From Chrysomallon squamiferum (Eukaryota; Animalia; Mollusca), in NCBI GenBank assembly GCA_012295275.1, contig CM022670.1:41044001-41108000 (forward strand): DNA of 64,000 nucleotides, written 5' to 3'. The notes beneath the pieces are model-generated. The model did no database searches. It was not told the DNA's origin and saw nothing but the letters and a program-made list of their open reading frames with translations. Of the stretch, positions 15,790 to 29,771 are shown one piece after another. Position 1 is the stretch's first letter. Each line of letters starts with the position of its first letter. The position numbers and the translations under genes were made by a program.

Positions 15790-18700
15790 ATGTCTGGTTC
15801 GGGTCGCTTCAAGCCAAACGAAGGAGACTGGATTTGTTCTGATCCCAAGTAATTAATTTATTTATCACCGATAATATACTAAAATCATAGTTCTTGTTTA
15901 TGAAAAAAAAAAAGAACCCAAATCTGCAAGAAAGAGTAAATAATTATACATACAAATACGTTTGGTCTCGGGACGCTTGAACTCCAGTGGGTATGTCAGT
16001 CAGACTCATTGTACATGTTTCGGCCCATTATTCGGCGGATCCAGTGAGTTTGGCCACGGTGATTGTAAAAATCAACCTAATTCGGTATACTCAGAAATTG
16101 CCATGCTTTATTTATTAAAATATTTTATAATAGTCATTATAATCACAAATAAAGACTGAATAATAATAATAAAAAAAACACAAACGTAGGCTGTTTTGGA
16201 AAGCACTTGTTAACATTTATTTTGTACGACATGCATAAATATTACTCTCCTGCCAAAAATGAGTAGCATTCATATCAAATATTAAACTGATATTTTTATT
16301 TTTTTTATATCTTATCAATATTTAGATTAAAAACACTATCTTTAAAGTCAAGGAGTAAACAGTACAACAGTGAGAATAACGCATTGTGGGTTTGTTTAGT
16401 GTGTGTGTGAGAGAGACAGGAGACAGTACTAGTCTGAAGTATGACTGATTAGTAGTTATCATTCTGCATGAAAATTGTTTAATTTCCAGCTACTAAGCTA
16501 GTTATACTAAAAATATATATATTCAGATACTGCATTTGGATAAATATGCATCACAGCATTATTATCAGTGATACTGACTGCATTTGGTAACATTTGAAAA
16601 CAATTTTAGTAAATTGTTTTGATAATATTTATTTTAATTAATTTCAGGTGTGCTAATGTCAATTTTGCCCGTCGTTCAGCTTGTAATAAATGTGGCAAGT
16701 CAAAAACTGATAAAAAAGGTTTGGTTATAGAATGTTCTGATAAATTATTTGCAAGAAAAAAATAAAATAATTAGAGCTTGTTTCTGACCAATTCTGTATT
16801 AAGGTTTATTGTTAAGATTAGAATCTGTTTTAGAATTAGTTTCAGGTCTTTGTTTTCTTTATGAATACGAATTAGTTTCGATTAATGTAGAATAAAGTGA
16901 TCTATAGGTGAAATTTGAATATGTTTAAATAAATGTTTCCTTATTACCTGATCTGTTTTAGTGACACCACAAACCCATAATTATTATTATCTTGGTTCTT
17001 AAAAAAAACAAAAATTCAATGGCCTCTTTAAATATGTCAGTAATTGGTGTTTTTCTCATTAACATTTATACAGATCTCTAGCAAACACCATGAGCAAACT
17101 GATGGGTAATAAATCATGTAGATAATTAATTTTAAAAAGATCCTGCAAATGTTTTTATTTGCAGATGCTTGTTATATTGTTCAGAAGAAAAAAAGAGAAA
17201 AAAAAGCTTTATGAGCAATCAACTGTGAAACGTGTTCTTCAGAAACTAAAAATGTGTGCAGATTATGTTTTCACATATTTCCAGACTTATTTTCTGAAGC
17301 AAATATTTATTTACACAGATAAGAAAGATGGAACATCGTTTAAGAAGGGAGGCCATGAAATTGGCAAAGCAATGGCTGAAAAAAGTAAAGGACTCTTCAG
17401 TGCTGATGACTGGCAGTGTAAAAGGTAAACAAATACAAATATTTATTTAGTTACTTATTATTATTACCAATAAATCATTTTATAAAGTATTAAATATAAA
17501 GAAAAATGAAATTGGTTTATGATGCCACCTGTTTGTTAAATAATGTTTTCAAATTAAAATTAACTGTTTGGTTCCATTAGTTTCCAAGATTTTCATCTTT
17601 ACTTTAAAAACACGCGAAACGTTTTCAGTATTTCTTAAACACCAAAATACATATACACTGTAGCTTTGTTTCTGGTAAGGTGTGTTTTAAATGATTAACT
17701 AAAATCTATCCAGTATTGTTTTAACTTTAGCTGTGCATTTTACACACTTACTGACAAGTTTTGATGTAAAAATGTCTGCAAGTTGTTGTTTTGTTTTAGC
17801 TGTGGCAACGTCAACTGGGCTCGTAGAATGACCTGCAACATGTGTAACACACCGAAATACGGCAAAGTGGAACAGAGGACTGGTAAGTTGTTGTCATGGC
17901 AACATGAATTGTTTTACAAGCATGTTAACATTGAATTCTTTGATTCTGTATCTTAAAATATTAATATCGACATAAGCCATTTTCTCGTATTTGTTTAATT
18001 GTATATATACCTACAGATTACTGATATCAGAATGGTTTTCTTTTGTTAAGAGTTTGTTTTCTTTTACAAGCATGTTAACATTGAATTCTTTGATTCTCTA
18101 TCTCAAAATATTAATTTTGACATAACCCATTTTCTCGAATTTATTTAATTGTATATATACCTTAAGATTACTGATATCAGGAAGTAATTCATTTATTAAG
18201 GGTTTGTTTGCTTTTACAAGCATGTTAACATGAATGCTTTGATTCTGTATCTTAAAATACTAATATTGACATAAGCCATTTTCTCGTATTTATTTAATTG
18301 TATATATACCTACAGATTACTGATATCAGGAAGTTTTTCTTTTATTAAGGGTTTGGAGGAGGGTACATGGAGAGAGATGAAGTTGTTGAATACATCAAGC
18401 GAGAGGATTCTGATGATGAATATGACATGGTAAACACTTTTCTAGAAAACAGTATCCATTTTGATTTCTGTTTTGTAATTCTCTGAGTAATAAGTTACTT
18501 CATTTTTTTTGTAGTAATTATTTTCTTTTGATAGTTATATTAAAATTTACATTATACAGATATTTTGAAATGAAATACAGTATAAAGTTGCTTTTGATGT
18601 GCCAGAAGGTAATTTTGTAAGAAGAAAAATATAATTTTGAATTCAATTTGTTATGTAGTTTTGGAATCGATTTTAACTCAGACATTTTGTTTTTCCAGTT

Positions 18701-20817
18701 TGGTAGAAAAAAGCGGAAATCAGGCACACACTCAGATGGAAGTGCTGCTGGAAAGATGGAAGATGAAAAAGAAGAGGACAGCGTGCCACAGTTCAAAGAC
18801 AACAATGAGGTAAAGACTTCATCTTTTTAGTTATGTCAGAACAGAAATCCAACTGGTGGATGGTGTTTAATAAAGTGTGAAATATTTATAGACTTTGTAT
18901 AAAAACCTGAAAAATAAGAACTATGTGATACAGTCAAGCTGGAACCACAGTTAGTAAACAAACAGTCTTGAAAAAACACCATATGTAAAAAAACAAAACA
19001 AAAAAACCCCTTAAATGTTAATAATGACATCAGAAATCTGACTGTGTCTGCTTTGACAAAGTCTATGACTGTGCTCGTCATGTCTTGCCCACTTTCAAAT
19101 GTTGTAAAGCTGGAACACTCAACAATAATTATAGAATTAACAAAATAAACCTAAATGATATTTAGTAAAGTTTAAATAAAAGTTTAATTAATTATTCCTT
19201 ACAGTTTCGACTGTTTAAACTCCGAATGATAAAAGAAAAACAGAATTCTTTCCTTTTTAAGGATATTCAATAATTTGTAGATTATGGCATAAACATACAC
19301 TGTACTACTCTACTAAATCTCAATACCAGCGTATTGGTCATCATAACTAGTCAAATGCCCACTGGTCAGTGCTAGTAGCCAGGGTCCAGTTTTATTCTAA
19401 CATAACCTCTGTTCTTATGAGTTCTTTTTTAATAAATATCATTTATCTGTAACAAATGTTTGCTATTCAACTTTTGCAAATTAAAAAAGAAATCTGTATT
19501 TGTAAACTACCACATTGATACAGTTACCATGGAGATGTGAAATATATTCAATTGAACTTTTTAACTTCAGATACAGTTTTTATTTTTGTGTTTTCAGGAT
19601 GAGGAAGAAGAAGAAGATGATGATGAAGATGTTGACTTATCTAAGTATGCTTTAGACAGTGATGATGAAGACATAAAGGCAGCTACTGGAAAGCAAACTA
19701 GATCACGCTCAAGGTCAAGGTCGCACTCCAGCTCTTCTTCTGGGTCAAGGTCACGGTCAGGGTCATCTTCGCGATCTGGTTCATCAAGATCTAGATCTAG
19801 ATCAAGCTCATCATCCAGCTCTTCAAGGTCAAGGTCACAGTCTCATTCTCAGGAGAGGAGATCTAAAAAACGTCAGCATTCTGAGTCTAGGTCCAGGTAA
19901 ACTGGTAAAGCGAGGGTAAAGGTCACAAAAGGTCAATATCACTACATATTGATTCAGAAATTGTTTTATTGTCATGTGACGTTCTTTTGTATACTGTGTC
20001 TTCAAATTTTAATACTCATTTCTAGATTTATTTTACTTATATTTTTTTTCTGACAAAGGTGGTTTGACCAATTTTTTTTTTAATTTTACAGCATAAGTAT
20101 TTAAATGGTCTTGGCTTAGATTTTATTATTGCTGTTTGTGTAGTTTTGTAAAAATGTAAATAACAATACATAATTAGCACATAATTATTTATCTTCACAA
20201 AAAATGATAAAATAAATTATAAATTTTGAAAATAGTATATTGTCTATAGGTTTTCAAAAGTCTTTAACAGTAACTTAAATGTTTTGAATGTAGCCTGGTT
20301 TTGGAGATTCGTTCCTTACTTTGACTAGTACATAATGCACCTTTACACCACTAGATCCATAATTTTCGTGTATTCTCATATTCAGAATTACATTTGCTCG
20401 CTATAAAAAATATTAATCTGTACCTGCAAGTCTTTGTTTATAATAAAACAGTGGGGTTCTCTTTTTTCTGGCATTTCAACATGTATTATTAGTTTTTGAC
20501 AATTAGAGATATTAAATCATTTTTCTAGTATATCTGTTGTGTTGACAATACATTGTGTGTGTGGTTGTGTGTGCGTATATGTTCTTCATAATGTCATTTG
20601 TCAGTTAACTTCATGTAAATTAATTTAAAAGTTTTCAGATAGGTATTTTCTAATGGATACATTTGTGTGTAGGTCAAGATCAACTGATGGAGAGTCAAAG
20701 AGAAAGAAAACCAGTCGACATTCAGAGTCAAGGTCAAGATCTGGTTCGGGGTCAAGGTCAAGATCAAGATCAGCGTCATCATCAAGGTCACCAGAGGAAA
20801 ATGGATCAAGGCGGTAG
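15790..20817 (+). CDS. ZRANB2: Zinc finger Ran-binding domain protein 2 (SR-like splicing regulator). Exons 15790-15848, 16648-16718, 17319-17424, 17800-17882, 18350-18429, 18699-18809, 19598-19896, 20673-20817
   Basis: Spliced product has two RanBP2-type fingers ([46 protein letters not shown]), EIGKAMAEKSKGLFSADDW, RTGFGGGYMER, an acidic tract with DLSKY and an RS-rich tail. All junctions are GT-AG and in phase. Confidence 0.95.
17912..18355 (+). repeat. Three tandem copies of a ~150-bp unit in ZRANB2 intron 4
   Basis: TTTTACAAGCATGTTAACA...GATTACTGATATCAG...TTAAG recurs at about 17912, 18062 and 18212. The third copy ends in the real exon-5 acceptor. Confidence 0.9.
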
Positions 20818-23800
20818 AGGTTTGAACAAGAACGAGATTAAAAACACCAACTAAAACTTGCGTGAAACATTCCTAATTAGACCGTTTTACGTTTCCAGTA
20901 ACATTGAAATAACAATACAGATGTTCAGGGAGGGTTGTTTTGGGGTTTCTTTGGGAGATTTTATATCAAAATAAATTTTCAGCAGTATTTCATTAAAAAT
21001 TGACCCCAGTGGCGTTAGTATTATGTTTTAAAATGTAGTTATACTGATCATAAATATAAAAGATTAATAACAATTGCATTTTATGTAAGTTTGCGAGTTG
21101 AAGTAATGTGGGTTCCTTTTTAGTTTTGGGAGGAATTTCCTTTTTGTGTTTGTGTTTTTATTTATTAAAGATTCACATTATTACTTGCAATAAAATGTTA
21201 ATGATAATTAATATTTTACATTAAAAAGTTTTCTTTTATATTATTATTATAATTATTTGGAATATTTAACATTATTTAAAAACAGTTTTAAATTCTTTTC
21301 TTTTCTTTTCTTTTCTTTTCTTTTCTTATATTATCTTTTATTTTTATCTTGTACCGAGGAACATTTTCTATTTTCTTTTCTTTCTTGAGTGGAGGAGTCA
21401 CTGTTTTAATATTTTAAGATATTTTCTTGTCATTCTCAATGTATTTGAGTATTTTTCAGTGAGTTTTGTTTCTTTATTTTTTTATTAATTTTATTTCATA
21501 ATATTTATTTCGTTTTTTTTCTCTTATGTGACCATTGTAATAAATAATTATTTTTATTTTTATTTTTCAGAGTTTGATGTGCCTTTCTGCTCAGACAGGA
21601 GCAGATAAAGTATTAATAAAGTTTCTCAAGAAATTATGTTCCAGTTTGGTACCTAAATATGGTGGTATTACATTGCTCAGTATCAGTAAGGCCATGTTAC
21701 AATGAATTAATTAAATTTCTAAAAACTATAAACAAAATACTTTTGTCAGGATACAGTAATCTCTGCAGTTAACCTTTAATTTGAACTTGATAATAAAGTA
21801 ATACAAAGTGTTTTTAATAATCAGTTACTTTAAACAACTAATCCAGCGTATTTTTTTTAATAAGCTCACACTTAAACTTGAACAGGGTGGGTCAACATCT
21901 CAAGTCCCTGCCCCTCTTTATGAAAGTTTTAAAACACCCTATTAAATAAAGACAAATATTAAGACGACTGAAGTAAATAATAACCCAAGTATGCTTTTCC
22001 AGTTAACAAGTAAATGATTGTTTAAATATATAAACTACTAAAAAAAACCACCCACCCCCAAGAACATAAAAAAGTAAAAAAGATTTATGTTTTAGACATG
22101 AAAACCATTGATCAGTCGGTCTGTAGTAAGTGATTAACAGATCTGCCCGTTCCGACTTCACCTTACTAACACAATGCCATCTTATTTGTTCTTGTATCAG
22201 CACCAGGCTTACCAGGCTGAGAAATAGAGTTGAAAAACATCATTCAGTTAAAACCAGATTATTAGGTTTGTTTACATGTGTTGTTTTGAGAGGTTTATAG
22301 TCTGGTTTGGTGTTGTTCCCTTAATGATTTTTGTCGTTAGTTCAGTTGATCCTTAAAAAGGAGATTGCATATATATGTTTGATTGAATATTAGAAACATT
22401 GTTAAATTTATTTGTTAATGATAGAATTACAAATGTGGAAATTGATTGGTTTAAAACAAATTTGAAAAATGATTATATTTATATTGCCTTTTTATACTTT
22501 AATTTTTTTTTAAATTTGATTTGTTTATTTTATTTCTGTTATTTATTCACTACAAATTTTTATTTTTTATTTTTCTGTCGTTAACCTGTTTTGAATATCT
22601 TCTTCCTGTTTTTTTTTTTTTCAATATTTTTAAAGTTGTTTTGTCAAATTCACAAGTATTGGTAATTATATGAATGAAATAAGAATAAATCTTTGTATTT
22701 TTCAGCATTTCTGTTTCAGTGTCAGAAATTAATTAGACTTGTTACTCTAGAAATGTTTTACAGTAATAAGATAAAAATATAATAAATAAAAATATCAAAT
22801 GACTATTTTTGTTAGTTCTCAAATCTGTTGTTGGATATACATAATATTGTCTGTTTGATTGATTTGACTGAGATTTAAATAAAAGTTATAAAAGAAATGA
22901 GCATTTTGTCTTAAAAATAATAGTTTCAGAGAAGCAAGAACAGAATCAGTATTTTCTGATTTAAATAAAAGCAAAAATTTTAAACTGATGACAAAATCTA
23001 AATTACAATTTGCTAAAACTAAATGGATTGCAAAAAGAAATGTTATAATATGTCTGTTTGCAGATCATAGAACTATTGAAATGACAAACGATCTTTTTTC
23101 ACCTGTTTTTACAGATAAAATAAGTGTTTTATTAATAAAATAGTTTGTTTTGAGATGATTTAGGCATTATTTAGAAAATCTGTTTTCCTTTAAGTTTGTA
23201 TAGAAAAGTGGTTGGTTGAAGTTTGTGTGGTATGTTTTGATGTTTGTGTGTCTACATATGTGCTTCAATTTTATTTCACTTTGATGTATACATATCTCTT
23301 CCTGCTATGTGAGTTACACAAAATATGTAATATTGTTCACCATGGTAATAAAAAAAATTAATACCAAGAAGTAAATTTTTTTACAGTAGACAGAAATGCT
23401 AGGTTACAGGTTAGTGTTGTTAAATTTTCCGAGAAGTTTGTTAGTTCAGTTTCTGGAAGGCATGATTCTCTACTGATTTAGGCTATTCAGTGGAGATAAA
23501 TAAAAGGTTGTTCTTTCTATTTTTTTCTTTCTTTTTTTTTCGTTACCAGGTACATGGTTGTGTTTATCTCTGGTTAGGATTTGTTCCCCCTTTCTACTTG
23601 TAAATTTTATCCAACTCTTTTGTGTCCATATAAATCAGCTTGGTAATTTATACACTGGACAGTTTATTTGGAAAAACCAAGATTGAAAAGAAATTTAAAT
23701 ATTCTGTTTCAGGTGGAATTTCATAATAACATTTGATAATAACCACAGTAATAGATGAAATGTAAAACTGATAAAAGAGAATGGCAGCAAACTGATACAT

Positions 23801-25379
23801 TTATTATTTTTGGATCAGTTTCATAATTCTGTTAAAAGTAAATGTATAAACAGTTAAATCAGTTATTGGTTTTCTAACTAAATATTTTCTCACATTTCCA
23901 GCAGCTTTATAAAGCAACTACAAATTGCAGAAGGCTAAATTATTAATTCAGTTTGTTATAAAGTTTTTTTATTCAGTTGCACACATGATTTTACAGGAGT
24001 TGAGACTGCAAATATTTTGAATTTTAAAACCAAATATCATCATGTTTTATACTGGAGTACAGGGTTTCCACATAACTGAAAACATCTTTCTTTTTCCTTA
24101 TACTAAAGCAGTTCTAAAATAAAATAATTTGATTATTTCTTTCAAGTTTTAATAAAATCTTTACATAATGAAATGTTATTTAGATCTTCTTCACAGTTGG
24201 TAGATGAATAAAAAATAAAGATTATTACTTTATACATTTTTGAGTTTTAATTTAAAGCAAGAAAGTTATTTTGGTGGTGGTTGTTTTTTTTTTTCCAACT
24301 AATGTAAAACTGAAATTTAGGATTTGTTATTTTTGTAAAAGTTACCAGGTTTTTTTCCCTTTTTTTTTATAAAAAAATGTTTTCTTAACAAGTTCATGTT
24401 TGTTATTGGTAGTTTACTTTCTAAAATAAATTGGAATAATAAATTTACTTAATTCTGCTTTTTTGGTTATATTTGGTAACAACTTTGGAAATAAATAAAC
24501 AATAAAAGAACTGCCTTCTGTTAGTAAAATAAATTTGATATTAAAATGTTTTTTCAGCTATCAGTTGTTTGTAGTTCTTTAAATTGTATAGTGGACTATA
24601 ATTTATTTGTTGATCAAATCTAATGAGGTTCAGCAACTTTAAAGACACACTGGCTTTGTCCTAGTCTAACCACTGCTCTGCAATTGATACATCAGAGATC
24701 ATGTGCTTTCCACTTTAAATGAATCAACAAAGAAGATTCCTTGCAACTAGGTAATGTAGTAATATATTCAAGTTGTTAGGTTTTCTGGTTACAAGAAAAG
24801 CAAAAGGTCTACTGTTAAATTACTGAATTACTATTAAAATGACAGCAATTTATACAGTTAACCGTTTTTTTCTGGTACTAAGAAATATTTCATTATTTAA
24901 GTATTGATGAACTACCCATGCCTATTCACGCATTTTAAGATTAGTAATTGCACTGAAATTTGGTCTTTATTTTGTGCTTGTATTTATTATTATCAAATAC
25001 AAATGGCATTTTGGATTTGTACAAAATCTATTCAGGCAATTTGTTTTATTGTTTATATATCTTTTCTTTTCTTTTTTTAAAGTATTTATTACTGAAGTGA
25101 TACAATTAAGTAGTGATAATGTTGAAAATAAGTTCTTTGGATTTTAAGAAACTTGTTTAACAAAAGTTATAATGGAGTGATATCTGAGAAGAAAGAGGAA
25201 TTTTCCTGACAGCTAATGAAGATAATTTGTTAATCCTGGCTGGCTAAAATGAAAATATTTATTTTTTTTTAAATTTTATTTATTGTTTAATTCATGTGAA
25301 ATCAGAAAACAATATAAAGGATGATGTATCGCTAAAATATTTTATCACATCTGTCTGAGATTAAAAAAATAAAAGAAGT

Positions 25380-27872
25380 TTAACAAAAATCAGAAAAGCA
25401 AGATTTTTTCCTAACTTCCGTACCAGAATACATTTCCATTAAAATAATGTTCTCATTCTCACTTCCTGTTCTGTCTTCTGCTTTCCTTTTTTTACCCAAC
25501 TTTTCAAAATACTTTGACTTTTTATCACATTCAGCATTGTTTTGCTCTGTTCCTTTTACATCTTGCAGCCCGTATTCCTCTGCTTTTTGTCGATTCACAG
25601 AAATCCCACGAACTGAACTGCTGTCCCTCTTTATCAGTCTGCAGTTTAAATGTTTTGTTAAAATTAACACTGATGTAGGTGTACTACTTATCAATTGTTG
25701 TTTCTTTGACTGCAATGCTAAAGGTGGTCTACCATCTGTAAGAAAGAAAAATATCAAAAAGTTTCTTTATTCACATTTTGTTAATTACTGATTAATTTTC
25801 TGTCATCAGTTACTGAATATCTGATTTTAGACTACATCACTAAAGCATGTTTATTTTTCTGGACTTTGCTAAATATCTGTTTAACACCAGGACAAAAGTA
25901 CATTAATACATTTTATTTCATCTGTTTGATAACATCTGATTAAAACGTACAAAAACACATCAATTCAGGTTTTTTTAGATACTGGGTTTGTTTTTCTAAT
26001 GTTTTCTAATTAGAAAAGTCTTTAAAAAAATATATCTTTCAGTAACTTAATCTTTATTACAACTGATAAAAAGTTACTTTTTACACATTGTTTTTGTTTT
26101 TGTTTTTTTAATTCTACTGTTTCTGTTTTATCGTTTTAATGTTTAGTAAAGATTAACTTACAAAAATTTGGTCTTTTAGGCTTGAGTGAATTTAATTTCT
26201 GCTTATTCTCGCAATTCTGAATCCACTGTTTGATGACATCCTCTGCCCAACCCTTTGTGTGTATTTGTGAAAAACAAACATCAGATGTACTGGTTATCTG
26301 CACCAAGCCCATTTCCTCTTCAAATCTTCTTGTTTCTGACGGCTGTTAGAAAAAATGTACCATTAAAAAACATAAAACTCATAATCATTTGTGAACTTAA
26401 TTACATATTTGTTTACCTTATGTTGTTTAGACCAATTAAATATGACAATAAAGTACCATTAAAAGTTGTTATTACTATTTTTTTTTTTTTTGTTTTTTTT
26501 TTTTTTTTTGTTATGACATCATCATGTCCTGGGTGAAACTATTTGCTCCTTATTTTCATTTATTTTAGCTTTGTCAGTTAAAATATAGAGATCAGTCAAC
26601 CAAGCACACAATGATGTCACAACCCCAGATGACAAGAGATAAAATGGCAGTTTTCAAATATTTTATAACTTGTTTCTTAAGACAAACACTCTTCCTTAGG
26701 ACTAGTACTATTCCTGTTGTGTTATAATTACTTACATAAAAATATTTCAAAAATTTTAAATTTTAAAGCCTGATACACACCTTTACTGATGTTCTGCTGA
26801 TGTCAAAATGCTGCAGTTGAATGAATATTTTGAAATACAGAACACCTTTTATTGTTACTTTAAAATTATCTGGAAGTAAAAACATTTTTGATAAACATTT
26901 ACTCCAATAAATAATGAAAATTGTGACCACATTTTTGAAAATGACAAATAATTTGAACAAAAATGATAAGTAACATTAAACTTAAAATATCAAGTTTATG
27001 TCCACAATTGGCAAACTCTAGCATTTTTAAATCTATTTAATATATAAGTGACACATTATTACTAAATTTTTTTTAAATAATAACTATCCTTTAATAAAAT
27101 AGTTTTACTTGTTTAAAAGACAAACAGTTTCCTTGGTGCTGTGTTATATTACCAGATATGCAGACATTTTGCAGTTTCAATGGTCCTTTGTGGAACATCC
27201 GAATTGGTGAGGTCATTCTCTGTAGTCCAGTGTCAGTTAAAGCATTGTCTCCAAGTGCTAACACCAACAAACTGCAAGAACAGTTGTCATAAACAACTTA
27301 TTAATATCATTCACTAAACACTAAATTACATTTATAACTGACATATTGCATTTCTGATGAAGAATTATTTATAGTTTTTATGCTATTTCTGATTTAGAAG
27401 AGATCAAAGGATGATTTTAAGTTTTACCTGGTCAATTTAAAAAAAAAAATTATATATATATTAAAGGGATCAAAGTTGATATTTTTCATCTGATGAAAAC
27501 AGGAGAATTGTGTCACCTGTCTATCTTGGATATTGAAGATATCAAAGGATGATCATCTCCTAGCCCACAGGAGGTGAGATCTAGTTCTGTTAGATGTGTG
27601 AAGAGATTAATCATCTCTAAATGATCGTTCATCACGAGATGATTTCTCTTCAAGTTCAGACTGGACAAAATCTGTTCTCTGTATGCCTCACAGAACAGTT
27701 TCATGTTGGCTGCCTCGTTCTGACACTCAAACAAGCCCAGTGATCTGGCAGCTGAAAATATCTGTTTGCCAATCTGGTCAGGAAAGTCTACAAGCGATTC
27801 CACGAGATGCAAGTTTCTTGCGACATACAAGACACACAAGTCAACCAGAGACTGAGCTGAAACGAGTTTCAT
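25380..27872 (-). CDS. LRRC42: Leucine-rich repeat-containing protein 42, about 366 aa. Exons 27517-27872, 27153-27271, 26781-26869, 26162-26342, 25380-25735
   Basis: Spliced peptide matches recalled LRRC42 blocks: SAQSL..L...V..NL..VESLVDFPDQI..QIFSAA, F.EAY....LSSLNL, LDLTSCGLGDDH, DNALTDTGLQRMTSPIRM, TKGWAEDVIKQW, FYG. GT-AG junctions are in phase. The start codon is uncertain. Confidence 0.85.
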
Positions 27873-27958
27873 GTTTTTATGAGAAACATTTCAGAGCCAT
27901 TCTAAAGTGTTCTGTGGTCCAGTGCACTGATTTGCCAATATATGTAGTTGAATCATTC

Positions 27959-28602
27959 CTGGAGAAAAAGGTACAAAAATAAAATAAAATAAAATAAATA
28001 TATACAACTGATGTTTCATATACATAAATTGAAAAAGAAAAAATGTGGTACATAACTATTTATGTTTTCAGAACTTACTTATTTCCTGATGCCTACTTTA
28101 TTTCAGGCTACTAATCTTTGTTAATAATAACATATGATATAAAATTCACTGATGTCATATTTCATTTTAACTGGAAATGTTATACAACTGGAAATGCATC
28201 CATATCACAGATTTGTCTGTACAATACAAGATTTGTTTAAAAGTTTTTGTTACAACTCTGTAGTTTATCAGCATTTCCATTTGGCATAATTATTTGTTTC
28301 TCGAACAAATACAAATAACAAAAATTATAAAGAGATACATCAATACCCTAATCTGTGTGACAGATTTCTTAGAAATCTCTTCGTCTTCAGTGTTTAGATT
28401 TCGCGCAGAAATATCTGCATAACTGAATATAACAATAAGGCGAGTTACTTCCCGCGTTCATATTACAGTTTAGTTTTATTCACAGTACACAGCTGTGACA
28501 TTATTCGAGATAGCTAGGGTCGATAACTCTGACGTGTTTATCACATATTTTCATTTTGCTAGTAAATTTTGTTTAGTTTCTGTAGAGAGTTTTCATAATA
28601 TC
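27959..28602. promoter_or_regulatory. Compact bidirectional promoter / 5'UTR region of LRRC42 and HSPB11
   Basis: Head-to-head ATGs are about 730 bp apart, with a CpG-containing patch at 28400-28540. Confidence 0.55.
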
Positions 28603-29303
28603 ATGTTTGATGTTGCTCTTAGTAGTGCCGGCGCGTCAGTTATTCTGGCTACGTCCAGCGATGATAAATATCCGCCAGAAAATATTTTAGACGGGTATGA
28701 TCATTTGTTTTTGTTTTCAATAATTATTTTATTATTTATATACGTATTTTCGATACTAGCGTTATTCCAAAAAAGCTATCGTGAACATCTATATCCAAAG
28801 CTGTTGTTATGGTTACATCTTTATTGGAAGCTAATACATAACTAAGGTTATGTCTGATTCACGACGGTATGTTTAGTTATTTATATTTATTTTTCTTTCT
28901 TTCTTTCTTCAGAAATACAGAAACATTCTGGACAACCACTGGAATGTTTCCACAAGAATTCATTATCAAGTTTCAGTCAGTAATGTCAGTCGACAAGGTT
29001 CAGATAGCTTCATACAACAGTAAGTTTCATCTGAATACTAATATCATATTTTCATTGCTAGATTTTTTATTTAATTTTATTTGTTCTTTGTGGTTTATTC
29101 TATTCTGTTTTATTGTATTTATATTTCCATTCTTTATATTATTTAAGCAAACTGTTCTGTCAATCACACATTTGTATGAAAAGATACAGAATATTTATTT
29201 TTCATTGGTACTTTCTGTTAAATGAAACCGACATTGGTTTCTTTATGTGACATATCTGACAGCAGGTTTTTTTTTTTTTTTTTTTAATATTAAATTTTAT
29301 TTT

Positions 29304-29334
<31 letters not shown>

Positions 29335-29429
29335 TGTTGGGATTTTTTTGTTGGTTTTTTTTCTGCTTAAAATGCCTGTTTCTAAATATATATTGCTGTT
29401 CAAATAAGATGATTTACCATTTATAATGC

Positions 29430-29470
<41 letters not shown>

Positions 29471-29739
29471 CATCATTTTAAAAAACTTTTATAACCGTAT
29501 ACTAATCTAAGGTGACATAGATTCAAAGATGATTAGTTATACAAGTCAGAGGTTTTTGATGCATCTGTTACAAAAAAAAGAGAAGAACTTAACTGTTATA
29601 AAAAAAAAAAAAAAACATTCTTCATATTTTAGTTCGGAAGATGAAACTGGAAGTTAGTGAACTTGATACACCAGATCAGTTTGAAACTATTGCAGAAACA
29701 GGTATGGTTTTCTCTATTAATTTATTATTATTATTATTA

Positions 29740-29771
<32 letters not shown>

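Noticed and set aside
17912-18355. Tandem H/ACA snoRNAs or a CRISPR-like array
   Set aside because: ANANNA and ACA matches exist, but there is no convincing second hairpin, and the unit includes the splice acceptor. There are no unique spacers or cas genes, and the context is eukaryotic.
27891-27893. In-frame TGA upstream of the LRRC42 ATG as selenocysteine
   Set aside because: The upstream in-frame peptide shows no recognisable homology, I see no SECIS in the short 3'UTR, and LRRC42 is not a known selenoprotein.
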